Part shown: positions 48,460 to 57,717 of the stretch, in pieces
How positions within the stretch are numbered: position 1 is the first letter of the stretch
Layout: each line of letters starts with the position of its first letter
Source of the DNA: Anaerolineae bacterium
Lineage (GTDB): Bacteria > Chloroflexota > Anaerolineae > Aggregatilineales > Phototrophicaceae
DNA length: 64,000 nt
NCBI GenBank assembly: GCA_022823945.1
Contig: JAJEBK010000031.1
Coordinates: 857-64,856, forward strand
Direction: 5' to 3'
Program-made: the position numbers and the translations under genes
Notes under the pieces: generated by a model
What the model saw: only the letters and a program-made list of their open reading frames with translations
Databases searched by the model: none
Told to the model about the DNA's origin: nothing

Positions 48460-49367
48460 AGCAGGTCTGGATTGAGCGATTGCAAGACAGTGTCTTCGCT
48501 TTGCAGAGTCAACGAAGCCGCGGCCACGCCCAGGCGCATGGCTTCATCAATGGGCACGCTGTTGAGCATACCGAAGATGACCGCGCCAGAGAAGGCATCG
48601 CCCGCTCCGGATGTATCGACGACTTCGGTGTGAATGGCGCGGATGTAGCCGCCACCGCTGCGATCTGCGTAGGCCAAGCCGCGTTCGCCCAAAGTAACTA
48701 CAGCGATCGTCGAGCCCATGTTGACCAGTCGCTGCGCTGTTCCGATGGCAGATTTGCGCTCGGTGGCCGGCTCGTCCAGCGAACACAGCGCTGCCGTTTC
48801 ACTGGCATTGGGCACAATCAGGAACAGGTTTGGGATGTATTTTCGCAAACGGCGAGCCAGGCGCGGCGCTGTGGGATCGGCGCAAACTCGCGCTTTGTAT
48901 CGCTGCGCCAGCTCGAACAAGGTGTCCAGCGCCTCTTCGCTCAATGTGGCATCAATGACGACCAGCGCGGCATCTCGAAAGAGCCATTCATGCTCCATCA
49001 GATAATCCGAATCCAGCGCAGCCGTGATGCTGAGATCATCCAGGCGTGTGACGCTCTCGGCGGATTGGTAGAGCAGCAGCGAAGTGGCAATGCGTCTGTC
49101 AGCTACGCGCAAGACATGGCGACAGTCGATGCCTGCCAGCCGGGAGTGGTTTATCAGATACTCGCTGAGTTCGTCATCGGCGACTGCGGACAGCAGAACC
49201 GTGTCGATATCGAGGCGCGCCAGGTTCTCGGCGATATTGCGAGCGACCCCACTTGGCGATGCGTGGATATGTCCCTGTTGGCGCGTGCCCGGCTGTGGCA
49301 CTTCAATTGAGCGCCCGGCCATCTCCAGGACTGACGAGCCTACTACCAGGACATACTCGCCTTCCAT
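48438..49367 (-). CDS. PfkB-family carbohydrate kinase
   Basis: N-terminal VLVVGSSVLE and GVARNIAENLARL, plus the C-terminal anion-hole motif DTSGAGDAF. Confidence 0.88.
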   Translation of the reverse strand: MEGEYVLVVGSSVLEMAGRSIEVPQPGTRQQGHIHASPSGVARNIAENLARLDIDTVLLSAVADDELSEYLINHSRLAGIDCRHVLRVADRRIATSLLLYQSAESVTRLDDLSITAALDSDYLMEHEWLFRDAALVVIDATLSEEALDTLFELAQRYKARVCADPTAPRLARRLRKYIPNLFLIVPNASETAALCSLDEPATERKSAIGTAQRLVNMGSTIAVVTLGERGLAYADRSGGGYIRAIHTEVVDTSGAGDAFSGAVIFGMLNSVPIDEAMRLGVAAASLTLQSEDTVLQSLNPDLLYDELGI

Positions 49368-49388
49368 AGCCTCGCTCCTGCACTTGCG

Positions 49389-50762
49389 CTAGCCGCCTGT
49401 ATTGGCAGATTCGGGTGGTGGTGGCAATGTCGGCTGGGCGTTGCCCGGGGCTGTGTCGACCGCCGGCGCAGTAGGCACAGCCACGCCCAGGGTCGCCGGA
49501 TTCAGATCGGAACTGCCAGTTGCTTCTGGATTGGGCGCGTCTTCTGCACAGCGAAAACCCACCCAGAGATGGAACTCGGCTTCACTGGCGGATTGCCTGT
49601 GCACTGCGCGGCTGAAGAATGGCACGCTATTCAACGAACCGCCGCGCAGCACCTTTTGCAAGCCGTTGATGGGACCAGTCGGATCTACAGACAAACCCAG
49701 CTGCGCCTGTTGCTGATAATAGGTTTCGCTGTAGTAGTCGCTCACCCATTCGGCGACATTGCCGGCCAGGTGGTACAAGCCATACAGACTTCTGCCAAAT
49801 TCGTATTCCGGGCTGGTGACGGGATAGTGGCTGGGTGTTTCGCGCGACCATTTCGTGTTGGCCAGCGCATTGTCCCAGATATTTCCCCAGGGATAGATGC
49901 GTCCGTCGTCTGCGCGCGCGGCCCGCTCCCATTCGGCTTCGGTCGGTAGCCGCCTGCCCACAGCTTCGCAATATGCCTGCGCGCCATGCCAGTTCACGCC
50001 ATAGACGGGGTGCTGCGCCAAGCCGACATTGATGCTGTAGCTGCTGCCGTTGAATACAATGGGCGCGAGTTCGCTGTCATTGCGCGTTTGGATGCACCAA
50101 AAGCCCGGGCAAGCCGATTGATGCGAATTCGCGCCGAGCAGATTGAGGAAAGCGACATACTGCGTAAAGCTGACCTCGGTGATTTCCATCAGGAAAGGCT
50201 CGACGCGCACTTCGTGTTCCGGGTACGAGTCTTGTGCATACTGCGCCAAACAAGTCCCGCCGCTGTTTTGGCACTCCCGTACCGCTTCGGCGACTTCGGC
50301 GGGATTCGTCCCCATGGTGAAGCTGCCGCCGGGAATGGTCGCTGTCTCGCTGCGCAACCGCATCAACACATCGGGAACGGCGCTGACAGTCGCGACTGTG
50401 GGTTGGGGAATGCTTGTTGGCGGGATGGTAGAAACAGCCGTCGGTAGGACTTGCGACACAATCGGCACATTGGTCGGCGGGATTTGCGGGGCGGGGAGGG
50501 GCGTCGCGGTGATGATGAGCACTTGTGGCGTCGGCTCTACTGGCTGCTGGATGGGAGCGGGCGTGGCGGAAATGACAACATGCACGACCTGCTGCACGAT
50601 TTGCGGCTGCGGCGTGGGCAAGAAATAGGCGGGGAGCGTACCTTCCGCCATGACAGCCAGCATGACAGTCAAGCCGCAGACCAAGCCGGGGATGAATCCC
50701 AAAATCCCCCATTGCCAGGCTGCCCCGCGATTTCGTCTGCCACCCAGTCTTCTATAGCTCAT
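49389..50762 (-). CDS. Membrane-anchored formylglycine-generating-enzyme (SUMF1/EgtB/PvdO) family protein
   Basis: ATG 50762 gives MSYRRLGGRRNRG followed by a TM helix, a Pro/Thr/Val-rich linker, then FGE-sulfatase motifs (HPVYGVNWHGAQAYCEAVGRRLPTEAEWE, NVAEWV, VLRGGS). Confidence 0.85.
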   Translation of the reverse strand: MSYRRLGGRRNRGAAWQWGILGFIPGLVCGLTVMLAVMAEGTLPAYFLPTPQPQIVQQVVHVVISATPAPIQQPVEPTPQVLIITATPLPAPQIPPTNVPIVSQVLPTAVSTIPPTSIPQPTVATVSAVPDVLMRLRSETATIPGGSFTMGTNPAEVAEAVRECQNSGGTCLAQYAQDSYPEHEVRVEPFLMEITEVSFTQYVAFLNLLGANSHQSACPGFWCIQTRNDSELAPIVFNGSSYSINVGLAQHPVYGVNWHGAQAYCEAVGRRLPTEAEWERAARADDGRIYPWGNIWDNALANTKWSRETPSHYPVTSPEYEFGRSLYGLYHLAGNVAEWVSDYYSETYYQQQAQLGLSVDPTGPINGLQKVLRGGSLNSVPFFSRAVHRQSASEAEFHLWVGFRCAEDAPNPEATGSSDLNPATLGVAVPTAPAVDTAPGNAQPTLPPPPESANTGG

Positions 50763-50925
50763 GTATATTCCCTTGCGCGCGGTTGCCCAACCTGCCCAGC
50801 TTGTTGTAATCAATAATAGCGCATCGGACAAGATAGGGTAAGCCAGTCGAGAACCCGGGCCAGCTTGACAGCGCATCCGACTACGATTAGGCTTTGGGCG
50901 AACTCGACACCCAGGATGCAACATT

Positions 50926-51945
50926 GTGACACGACTCAGCCTCGGCGCGTTCACGGCAGCCACTGCGGACGCGGATGGCGTGCGCCCCGTGAACCTGCAC
51001 AGCGATTTGCGTCCCTTGGCCGACCTCATCGAGCTGGCTTTTGCCGACAGTATGGACAGCGCCGGTCGTTCCGCCATTCGCGAGATGCGTTATCTGAGCC
51101 ACATGGGCGCGGCGCTGCGGCTGATCACGCGCTTCAACTCGCTGGCAGAAGGCATCAGCCTCGGTTTTGTCTACATGGTTGCGGGCGAGCTGGTCGGCAA
51201 TGTGTCGATTTATCCCGCCAACTTCCCTCGCGAATTGGGCGAAACCTGGCTGTTGGCCAATGTGGCGGTACACCCCCGGCATCAGCGGCGCGGCATCGCT
51301 CATCAGCTGATGGCGAGCAGCCTCGAGGCATTGCGATCGCGCGGCGCGTCCCGCGTCATCCTGCAAGTCGACTGCGCCAACGAAGCAGCGCTTAGATTGT
51401 ACGAAGCGGGTGGTTTCCGCTATGAACGCGCCTGGATACACTGGCGGCGCAGCAGCCGCGCGCGAGCATCCGCAGCGCCCCGGCACGGCTTCCACATCAC
51501 GCGTTTGCGGCGCAAGGAAGGAGCGGCGGAATTTGCGCTGGCACAATCTGCGCGCCCCAACAGCCGCGGCGGACTGGGTTGGCTGAAACCCTTGCGCAAA
51601 GCCGACTTCTGCCCTTCGCCCTGGCAGCGAGCGCGAAAATGGCTGTCGATGAACAGCATCGAAAAGCTGATCATCCGCAGTGTCGACCAGCGTGAGATCC
51701 TGGCGTCTTGCTGGCTGGAGAATGCCGCTATCGGTTTCGGTCGAGTGCAGGCGCGCATATTCACATCGCCACACATCGACCACCGCGCTTGTGCCGAGGC
51801 TTTGATCAACAACCTGGTCTCTCGTTACGAACGCGCGACGATTCTGGTCGAACACCCGCGCGATGACGAGGTCGTCAGTGAACTGCTGCGGCAACAGCAA
51901 TTCAAAATACGGCGCGAATTGTGGCATATGCGGCTGGATCTCTGA
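50926..51945 (+). CDS. GNAT-family N-acetyltransferase with a C-terminal extension
   Basis: VAVHPRHQRRGIAHQLM (motif A) and NEAALRLYEAGGF. GTG start at 50926. Confidence 0.8.
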   Translation: MTRLSLGAFTAATADADGVRPVNLHSDLRPLADLIELAFADSMDSAGRSAIREMRYLSHMGAALRLITRFNSLAEGISLGFVYMVAGELVGNVSIYPANFPRELGETWLLANVAVHPRHQRRGIAHQLMASSLEALRSRGASRVILQVDCANEAALRLYEAGGFRYERAWIHWRRSSRARASAAPRHGFHITRLRRKEGAAEFALAQSARPNSRGGLGWLKPLRKADFCPSPWQRARKWLSMNSIEKLIIRSVDQREILASCWLENAAIGFGRVQARIFTSPHIDHRACAEALINNLVSRYERATILVEHPRDDEVVSELLRQQQFKIRRELWHMRLDL

Positions 51946-51995
51946 TGCTGCGGTAGGTTGCGAAGCCGGGTTTGGCACCTCTTTGGAAGAGAAGT

Positions 51996-53408
51996 TCAAT
52001 TGGAGCGGAATCGAGGTGGGCGCGGCTTGCCGGGGTTGGCCAAGCTGCTGTCAGCTTTGGACGCGGCCGGTTGTGGTGCCAATTTGCGAGGCAGGCGCGC
52101 TGGACGATTGCGATCGCTGTTGATGACGAGGCTGGACCGCAAGTCACGCTGGGCAACCGCTGCTGGATTGGCGGGATATGCAGCGCCATTTGCGACAGCC
52201 AGATATTCGCCGAGGATCTGCCGCTGCTGCATGGCATCATAACGAGCGCGGCGGCGCGCCTTGTTGTGCTGGCGGCGTGAAATCTCTTGCTGGATCTGCG
52301 CTGGTTTGTGTACGCGCGTGAACAGCTTGGGCTCGTCGGCACCCACCAGCGACATCCGCACATCTCCGATCTGCAACAGCGCCGAGATGAACCCGCTCGT
52401 GCTGGATTCGACATTGTCGATGCGCTCGACCAGGATCTGGTCGCGCAGATTCTGCAAGAAGAAGGGGCGTTTGTGCACCAGCGTGATGGTATCGTCCGAT
52501 AGGATATAGATGTCGTTGCGCCAATCCCAATCCAGCCAATAATACGCCAGGCTGCCGACCAGCAGCGCGACCATGGCCATGCTGAAAGTGACCACGCGCA
52601 TATCTGGCGCGACCACCGTAAAGGTCAGAACCAGCGCCGCCAGCGAGGCAAAGCACACCGCCAGCGGGATGGTCGTGTGGCGCAGCCAGACGCTGATGTG
52701 CTTGCGATAAACGATGTCGCCGTTGCTCATCTCAATGCGGGCGCTCAGATAGCTGTTGCTGCCGCGAACAGGGCGGGGCGGCTGATCGGTCGTCTCTTGC
52801 GCGCGCAATTCGTCGTCAGTGGCTTCGCCCGCCACCCAACGTTGCATTTCCGCCCGCACCATTTTCCCGTGCCGCTGCGCCTGCTGTTCGTCGTAGCCTT
52901 TGCGGGTCGCCAGCACAAGCTGCTGCATGCGCTCTGGCCCGGGCATCAGGTCCAATTCCAGGTTGCCTTGCGCGCCGGCCGTCTTGACGATCACGGTGCC
53001 ATAGCGCAGCAGACGAGCAAAAATATCGCCGGAGGGAATCTCAAAATTGATCTCGTGCACGCTCTCCATACCGATTTGCGCGATCTGCCGCCGCATGGTC
53101 AATATCGTGCGGTTGATGCGGATGATGCGCTGGTCGGTCACGATCACCGAGTCGTTGCGCCATTCCAGATAAAAATAGACCAGCGCAACGCCAGGCAGCA
53201 GCAGCGAAAGCCCCAGCAACCCCAACTGAAGCGGCCGCGCCTGGACTTGTGTTGCCGCCAGCCACATAACCGGCAGAAGCAGCATGGGCAGCCAGGCTGT
53301 GCGCAAGAACCCCCAGATATGCCGGCGCGTATTGATGAGCACGGCTTCATCTTCGCGCTGTTCGGCAAAACGAGGATTGATTTTCTTGGGGTTTGTGCTG
53401 TTGGACAT
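51996..53408 (-). CDS. Bacterial PH-domain (bPH_2/YdbT-like) membrane protein
   Basis: Repeated pattern of a TM hairpin followed by ...VTDQRIIRI / ILSDDTITLV-type bPH strands; 470 aa. Confidence 0.7.
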   Translation of the reverse strand: MSNSTNPKKINPRFAEQREDEAVLINTRRHIWGFLRTAWLPMLLLPVMWLAATQVQARPLQLGLLGLSLLLPGVALVYFYLEWRNDSVIVTDQRIIRINRTILTMRRQIAQIGMESVHEINFEIPSGDIFARLLRYGTVIVKTAGAQGNLELDLMPGPERMQQLVLATRKGYDEQQAQRHGKMVRAEMQRWVAGEATDDELRAQETTDQPPRPVRGSNSYLSARIEMSNGDIVYRKHISVWLRHTTIPLAVCFASLAALVLTFTVVAPDMRVVTFSMAMVALLVGSLAYYWLDWDWRNDIYILSDDTITLVHKRPFFLQNLRDQILVERIDNVESSTSGFISALLQIGDVRMSLVGADEPKLFTRVHKPAQIQQEISRRQHNKARRRARYDAMQQRQILGEYLAVANGAAYPANPAAVAQRDLRSSLVINSDRNRPARLPRKLAPQPAASKADSSLANPGKPRPPRFRSN

Positions 53409-53642
53409 GGATGTCGCGCCTCAAGGTGCGCTTGTGTCGGAAGGTGCTTGCATTTTAGCATAAGGCGGGATTTTATTGGCTCGTCCGATAATCGGGAGTA
53501 CCCACAGTACTGGTCGCTCCGCATAGCGAAAGCCTCTGCGCGCAAATAGGACTGCCTGGCGCGGCTTTCCATGCAATTTGGGAACTCTGCAAAACTGCGC
53601 TAGACTTCTATGGAGGTCTGAGTGGATAAGTTGTAGTTTGGG

Positions 53643-53963
53643 ATGAATTTCGACACGAACCTTTCCTTGGATCTTGTCATTACAATCTTGGCGATCTTGG
53701 GTGCAGTGTGGCGAATACAATATGTACTGGAAAATCGGCAAGCCGAGTTGCGCAGGGAACTCAAAGGCGACAATGCGGAATTGCGCAAGGAACTCAAAGC
53801 AGAAATTGCCAAGTCGAACCAAGAACTCAAAGCCGAGAACGCGGAACTGCGCGAAGACATTTGCCGAGTCGAGGACAAAGTGGACGAAAGCAACCAGCGC
53901 ATCGCGCGGCTTGAAGGCATTATCCTCGCCCGTGAGGGCATGGTCGACACCATAATCGAATAA
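53643..53963 (+). CDS. Small membrane-anchored coiled-coil protein with 11-residue repeats
   Basis: N-terminal TM helix (LSLDLVITILAILGAVW), then AELRRELKGDN / AELRKELKAEI / AKSNQELKAEN / AELREDI encoded by 33-bp tandem repeats. Confidence 0.5.
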   Translation: MNFDTNLSLDLVITILAILGAVWRIQYVLENRQAELRRELKGDNAELRKELKAEIAKSNQELKAENAELREDICRVEDKVDESNQRIARLEGIILAREGMVDTIIE

Positions 53964-54075
53964 ACCAAACCCACAGCGCCTCTATCGTCCCCCGCCCGAT
54001 TCAAGAGGGTAGCCCCATATCGCGTTTTCGTGCTATACTCTTGCCAATGCGAAGAAACAGAGACAGGGTGCGATT

Positions 54076-54258
54076 ATGGCTAGTCTGGGACCCACTGAAC
54101 TGATCATTATACTGGTTATCGTGGTGTTGCTCTTCGGCGTCGGGCGTGTATCGCGCATCGGTGGCGAGCTTGGCTCCGCTGTAGCCAACTTCCGCAAGGG
54201 TTTGCAAGAAGGTGCCAAAGGCAAGCCAGAAGAAGCTGAACAGAAGAAAACTGCTTAG
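54076..54258 (+). CDS. tatA: Twin-arginine translocase subunit TatA/E
   Basis: GPTELIIILVIVVLLFG, an amphipathic helix, and a charged tail; 60 aa. Confidence 0.92.
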   Translation: MASLGPTELIIILVIVVLLFGVGRVSRIGGELGSAVANFRKGLQEGAKGKPEEAEQKKTA

Positions 54259-54734
54259 CCGCCTGCGTCTTTCAAGGCGCGTTCAAGCAGCTTGTCGGCG
54301 CGCAGGTGCTCACGCTTGGGCAGGCTGGGTGGCAGCTTCAGATTATAAACCAGCGCCTCGCGGTTAAATCGCTCGATTTCCTCTCGGAGTTCGGCTGTAA
54401 ACCGTCGCCAGCCGGCTTCGATTCTTGCTTGGCGGTGGGCCTCGCCGCGTGACTGTGCCACCTTGATGTCCTGGCGGAAGCGCCGCGCCCGCGCATTCAG
54501 TCTCTCCCGCAGCTTCCGCTCTTGCTGGTTCAGCGCCTTGCCCGCAGCGATCCAATCGGGCACGACTTCGTTGTCTGCCATGATCTTGTACGCGGCTCGC
54601 AATTCTCGCGGCACATGTTCATCATCCAGCGACAATCGTTTGCCTGCGCCGGGCAAGTGCGATACATCGCCATCGCCGATTAGCTGCCTGGCACCTTGAT
54701 CGGCGATGCGATCCCATTTGGACAGCTTATTCAT
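54255..54734 (-). CDS. DUF1992 (DnaJ-C28-like) domain protein
   Basis: GDVSHLPGAGKRLSLDD...ELRAAYKIMADNEVVPDWI is the DUF1992 signature as I recall it. Confidence 0.7.
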   Translation of the reverse strand: MNKLSKWDRIADQGARQLIGDGDVSHLPGAGKRLSLDDEHVPRELRAAYKIMADNEVVPDWIAAGKALNQQERKLRERLNARARRFRQDIKVAQSRGEAHRQARIEAGWRRFTAELREEIERFNREALVYNLKLPPSLPKREHLRADKLLERALKDAGG

Positions 54735-55677
54735 CCCTGGTTTCTTCCGGGATTTGCAGTGTTTGCAGTTGGCGTCCGATCGAGTCGCTGATGGTCAGCG
54801 TTTCTCCCGCTTCCCAGACGCTTTGGTCTCGCCCCCAGAACCAGGCGCTGCCCGTGCTGATGCCGCTGCGTGTGTAAACAGCCACTTCCGCGTCTGCAAA
54901 GAGAAGTTTCTGCCCAAATTGGAATGTGTTGCCGTCGCTGTCGGCCAGTTGCCAATCGCTGATATTGAGCTGTTCGCCCAAATTTCGCAGATGGATGCCT
55001 TCCGCCGTGATATCGCCCAAGCCTTCGACAGCCGCGATTTCCAGCTGCACCGGCACGGGTGTAGGCGTCGGCGAGGGCGCTTGTGTAGCGACGATCAAGA
55101 CTGGCTCGACATTGCCCGCGACTGCCACGCCGTCCACGATGCAACCGGGCAGCGGCACGATGAGTTGGTCGCCCACTTTCAAAGCCCGGGCGGATTGTTC
55201 TGTGAGTTGGTTTACTTCCATCAGCAAGTCGAGCTCGACGAAATAATCAAACGAAATGGAATAGGGTGAATCGCCGCTGCGGATGGTGTGGATGAGGCAG
55301 TTGCGCTGGTTGCGCAACGGACCGCCGGCGATGACGACAGTGGGCGTGCTGACAACCGCATCGCGCGCGCCAAGCTGCTGGGGATCCAGGGTTGCCGCGC
55401 TTTCGGGCGCTGCTTCGGCCGCAATGTCGGCGGGCACTGACACTTGCTGGCGCGAGGCTGCAGCGGGCACTGCCGTTGCGAGTTTGGCTGGCAAGGGCGT
55501 TGTGGTGATGATGACTTCCACCGTGATGACATCGGGAACAGCGCTTCGTTCGTCGTCTTCTCCAAACAGGCGCAAACCCACGAAAGTGCCGATGACCGCC
55601 GCCACGAAGGTCAAACACAGGAAGACGAATTGGGGGAAAATTTTTGCCGGTCGCGGATCTCGCTGGGGTTGGATCAT
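54727..55677 (-). CDS. Membrane-anchored protein with LysM-like and lamin-tail (LTD) domains
   Basis: N-terminal TM helix. HTIRSGDSPYSISFDY...LKVGDQLIVP is LysM-like. The C-terminal IHLRNLGEQLNISDWQLADSDGNTFQF...AVYTRSG is LTD-like. Confidence 0.6.
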   Translation of the reverse strand: MIQPQRDPRPAKIFPQFVFLCLTFVAAVIGTFVGLRLFGEDDERSAVPDVITVEVIITTTPLPAKLATAVPAAASRQQVSVPADIAAEAAPESAATLDPQQLGARDAVVSTPTVVIAGGPLRNQRNCLIHTIRSGDSPYSISFDYFVELDLLMEVNQLTEQSARALKVGDQLIVPLPGCIVDGVAVAGNVEPVLIVATQAPSPTPTPVPVQLEIAAVEGLGDITAEGIHLRNLGEQLNISDWQLADSDGNTFQFGQKLLFADAEVAVYTRSGISTGSAWFWGRDQSVWEAGETLTISDSIGRQLQTLQIPEETRDE

Positions 55678-55774
55678 TCAACTGGTCCGTGCTGCCCTGC
55701 ATCAAATCGGCAGTATAGCACGGCGCGAGTCTTCTAAACAGGCAAAGGCTTCGGCATATCAGGCCAATCGCATC

Positions 55775-56035
55775 AAATTGTTTTACCACCGAGGCACCAA
55801 AGCAAGTGCAAGTAAACCATGCCAAAAAGGGCGATGTTACTCAATCTCGGGATCGGTAGGGGCGAGACTTGCCTCGCCCAAACGACGTTTCTTCATATTG
55901 TTGCAATACATTGTTGATTTAACAGAGATTCCGAGACGGCAAGTAGGGGCGAGGCGGTGACTCGCCCTAAAAGACCCCTTGATAAGTCGGGTGAAGCAGA
56001 AACGCGCGGACTTTCATTTTAATGCGATTGCCCTG
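55775..56035. repeat. Composite repeat: a family-C element interrupted by two family-B hairpins (55856-55879 and 55943-55967)
   Basis: aaattgttttaccaccgaggcaccaaagc resembles 7369-7400, agattccgag resembles 7493-7502, and ctttcattttaatgcgattgccctg resembles 7627-7651. The gtaggggcgag..ctcgccc hairpins lie inside. Confidence 0.65.
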
Positions 56036-56237
56036 TTCCGCATAGTAACAGGCTTTTAACGAGACATTCCAAACACAAGGCTGTGCAGCCGACGCCACAA
56101 ATGTTGAAACCAGTTTCGCCTCGTCATATAGAGGAGAGATGAAAGGACTTGCGCGGCGGCCCGCTCTCGCAGCTTGAATCGGGGCGATCTTCGCCTACAA
56201 TGGCAGGGCTTATGGTATTCCAAACAGAAACTGCGCA

Positions 56238-57707
56238 ATGAGAGTCTTGCTGGCCAGCGCCGAAGTCGCGCCTTTTGCCAAGGTTGGCGGTCTGGCTGAT
56301 GTCGTGGGCTCGCTGCCACTGGCATTGCGGCGTTTGGGCGTGGATGCGCGGGTGATCTTGCCGGGCTATGGCTTCATCAATCACCTCGCTCATGACATCC
56401 AGCCGCTGGCTGAATTCAACTTGTCGCATCGTCTGGGGACAACTGTCATCCGCCTTTACACCTGCCAGCATCTCCGCACGCCAGTCTACTTTCTGCAAGC
56501 GTCGCCCTATTTTGGGGGCGAGGGACAAGTCTACAGCGCCTGGGACTGGGATATGGCAAGGTTCATATTTTTTAATCAGGCGCTGATGGCGTCCATGCGT
56601 CACATGGCCGAGCAGTGGTGGCCCGATGTGCTGCATGTCAACGACTGGCACACGAGTTTGCTGCCTTTCATGCTGCAAGCCCACGGCGATGCAGAGCAAT
56701 CGTCACAAGCCACTGTGCTGAGCATTCACAATATCGCCTATCAGGGACGAGGGGCGGGCGGATTCTTGTGGCAGGCGGGCATCCACGGTCGCCATCATCC
56801 GCACTTGTACGAACTGGGTCTCGCGGACAATCTGCTGGGCATCGGCATCGCCTACAGCGACATGATCGCCACGGTAAGTCCGCGTTATGCGGATGAAATC
56901 AAGTACGCCTATGCTGGCTATGAGCTTGCTCCGTTAATCGAAAGGCGTTCGGGCGACTTGCGCGGCATATTGAACGGCTTGGACTGCGATGTTTGGGATC
57001 CGGCCACCGATCGCGCTCTCGCGGCGAACTTCGACAGCGACAATTTCATCAGCCAACGCCCCCTCAACAAGCGCCATTTGCAGTCATTTGCGCGGCTGCC
57101 CGTCAATGACGATATTCCACTGGTCGGCATCGTCAGTCGGCTGGCGGCGCAAAAAGGCTTTGATCTGGCGCTGCCGGCTCTGCGCAGCCTGCTGGCACAA
57201 CGCGAGCTGCAGGTGGTCATGCTGGGCACAGGCGAGCCCGAGCTGGAGCAGGCATTCTGGCAGTTGGAGCAAGACTTTGCTGAAAGAGCGCGCGCCTTCT
57301 TGCAATTCGACAGCAGCCTGGCACAGCAGATTTATGCGGGATGTGATATCTTTTTGATGCCGAGCCATTTTGAGCCTTGTGGCATGGGGCAGATGATGGC
57401 GATGCGTTATGGCGCGCTGCCGCTGGTGCGCGAGACGGGCGGATTGGCGGATACTGTCATCAATTATGACAATGACGAAGCAGCAAGCGGCACGGGCTTT
57501 GTCTTTCAGTGGCAAGAAGCGCAGGCGGTTGCAGGCACCCTGATTTGGGCGCTCGACACCTTTCGCGCTCGGCGCTGCGCATGGCGGCGTATGCAAAAGC
57601 GCGCGATGCAAATCGACTTCAGTTGGGAAAAAAGCGCCAGCCAATACATCGATCTGTATGAAAAGGCTCTTGCGCGAGCCAATGTCAGGCGATCGGGCGC
57701 AACATGA
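56238..57707 (+). CDS. glgA: Glycogen synthase (ADP-glucose type)
   Basis: MRVLLASAEVAPFAKVGGLADVVGSLP N-terminus and a GT5 C-terminal region (PSHFEPCGMGQMMAMRYG). Confidence 0.95.
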   Translation: MRVLLASAEVAPFAKVGGLADVVGSLPLALRRLGVDARVILPGYGFINHLAHDIQPLAEFNLSHRLGTTVIRLYTCQHLRTPVYFLQASPYFGGEGQVYSAWDWDMARFIFFNQALMASMRHMAEQWWPDVLHVNDWHTSLLPFMLQAHGDAEQSSQATVLSIHNIAYQGRGAGGFLWQAGIHGRHHPHLYELGLADNLLGIGIAYSDMIATVSPRYADEIKYAYAGYELAPLIERRSGDLRGILNGLDCDVWDPATDRALAANFDSDNFISQRPLNKRHLQSFARLPVNDDIPLVGIVSRLAAQKGFDLALPALRSLLAQRELQVVMLGTGEPELEQAFWQLEQDFAERARAFLQFDSSLAQQIYAGCDIFLMPSHFEPCGMGQMMAMRYGALPLVRETGGLADTVINYDNDEAASGTGFVFQWQEAQAVAGTLIWALDTFRARRCAWRRMQKRAMQIDFSWEKSASQYIDLYEKALARANVRRSGAT

Positions 57708-57717
57708 GGAGGCGGCA

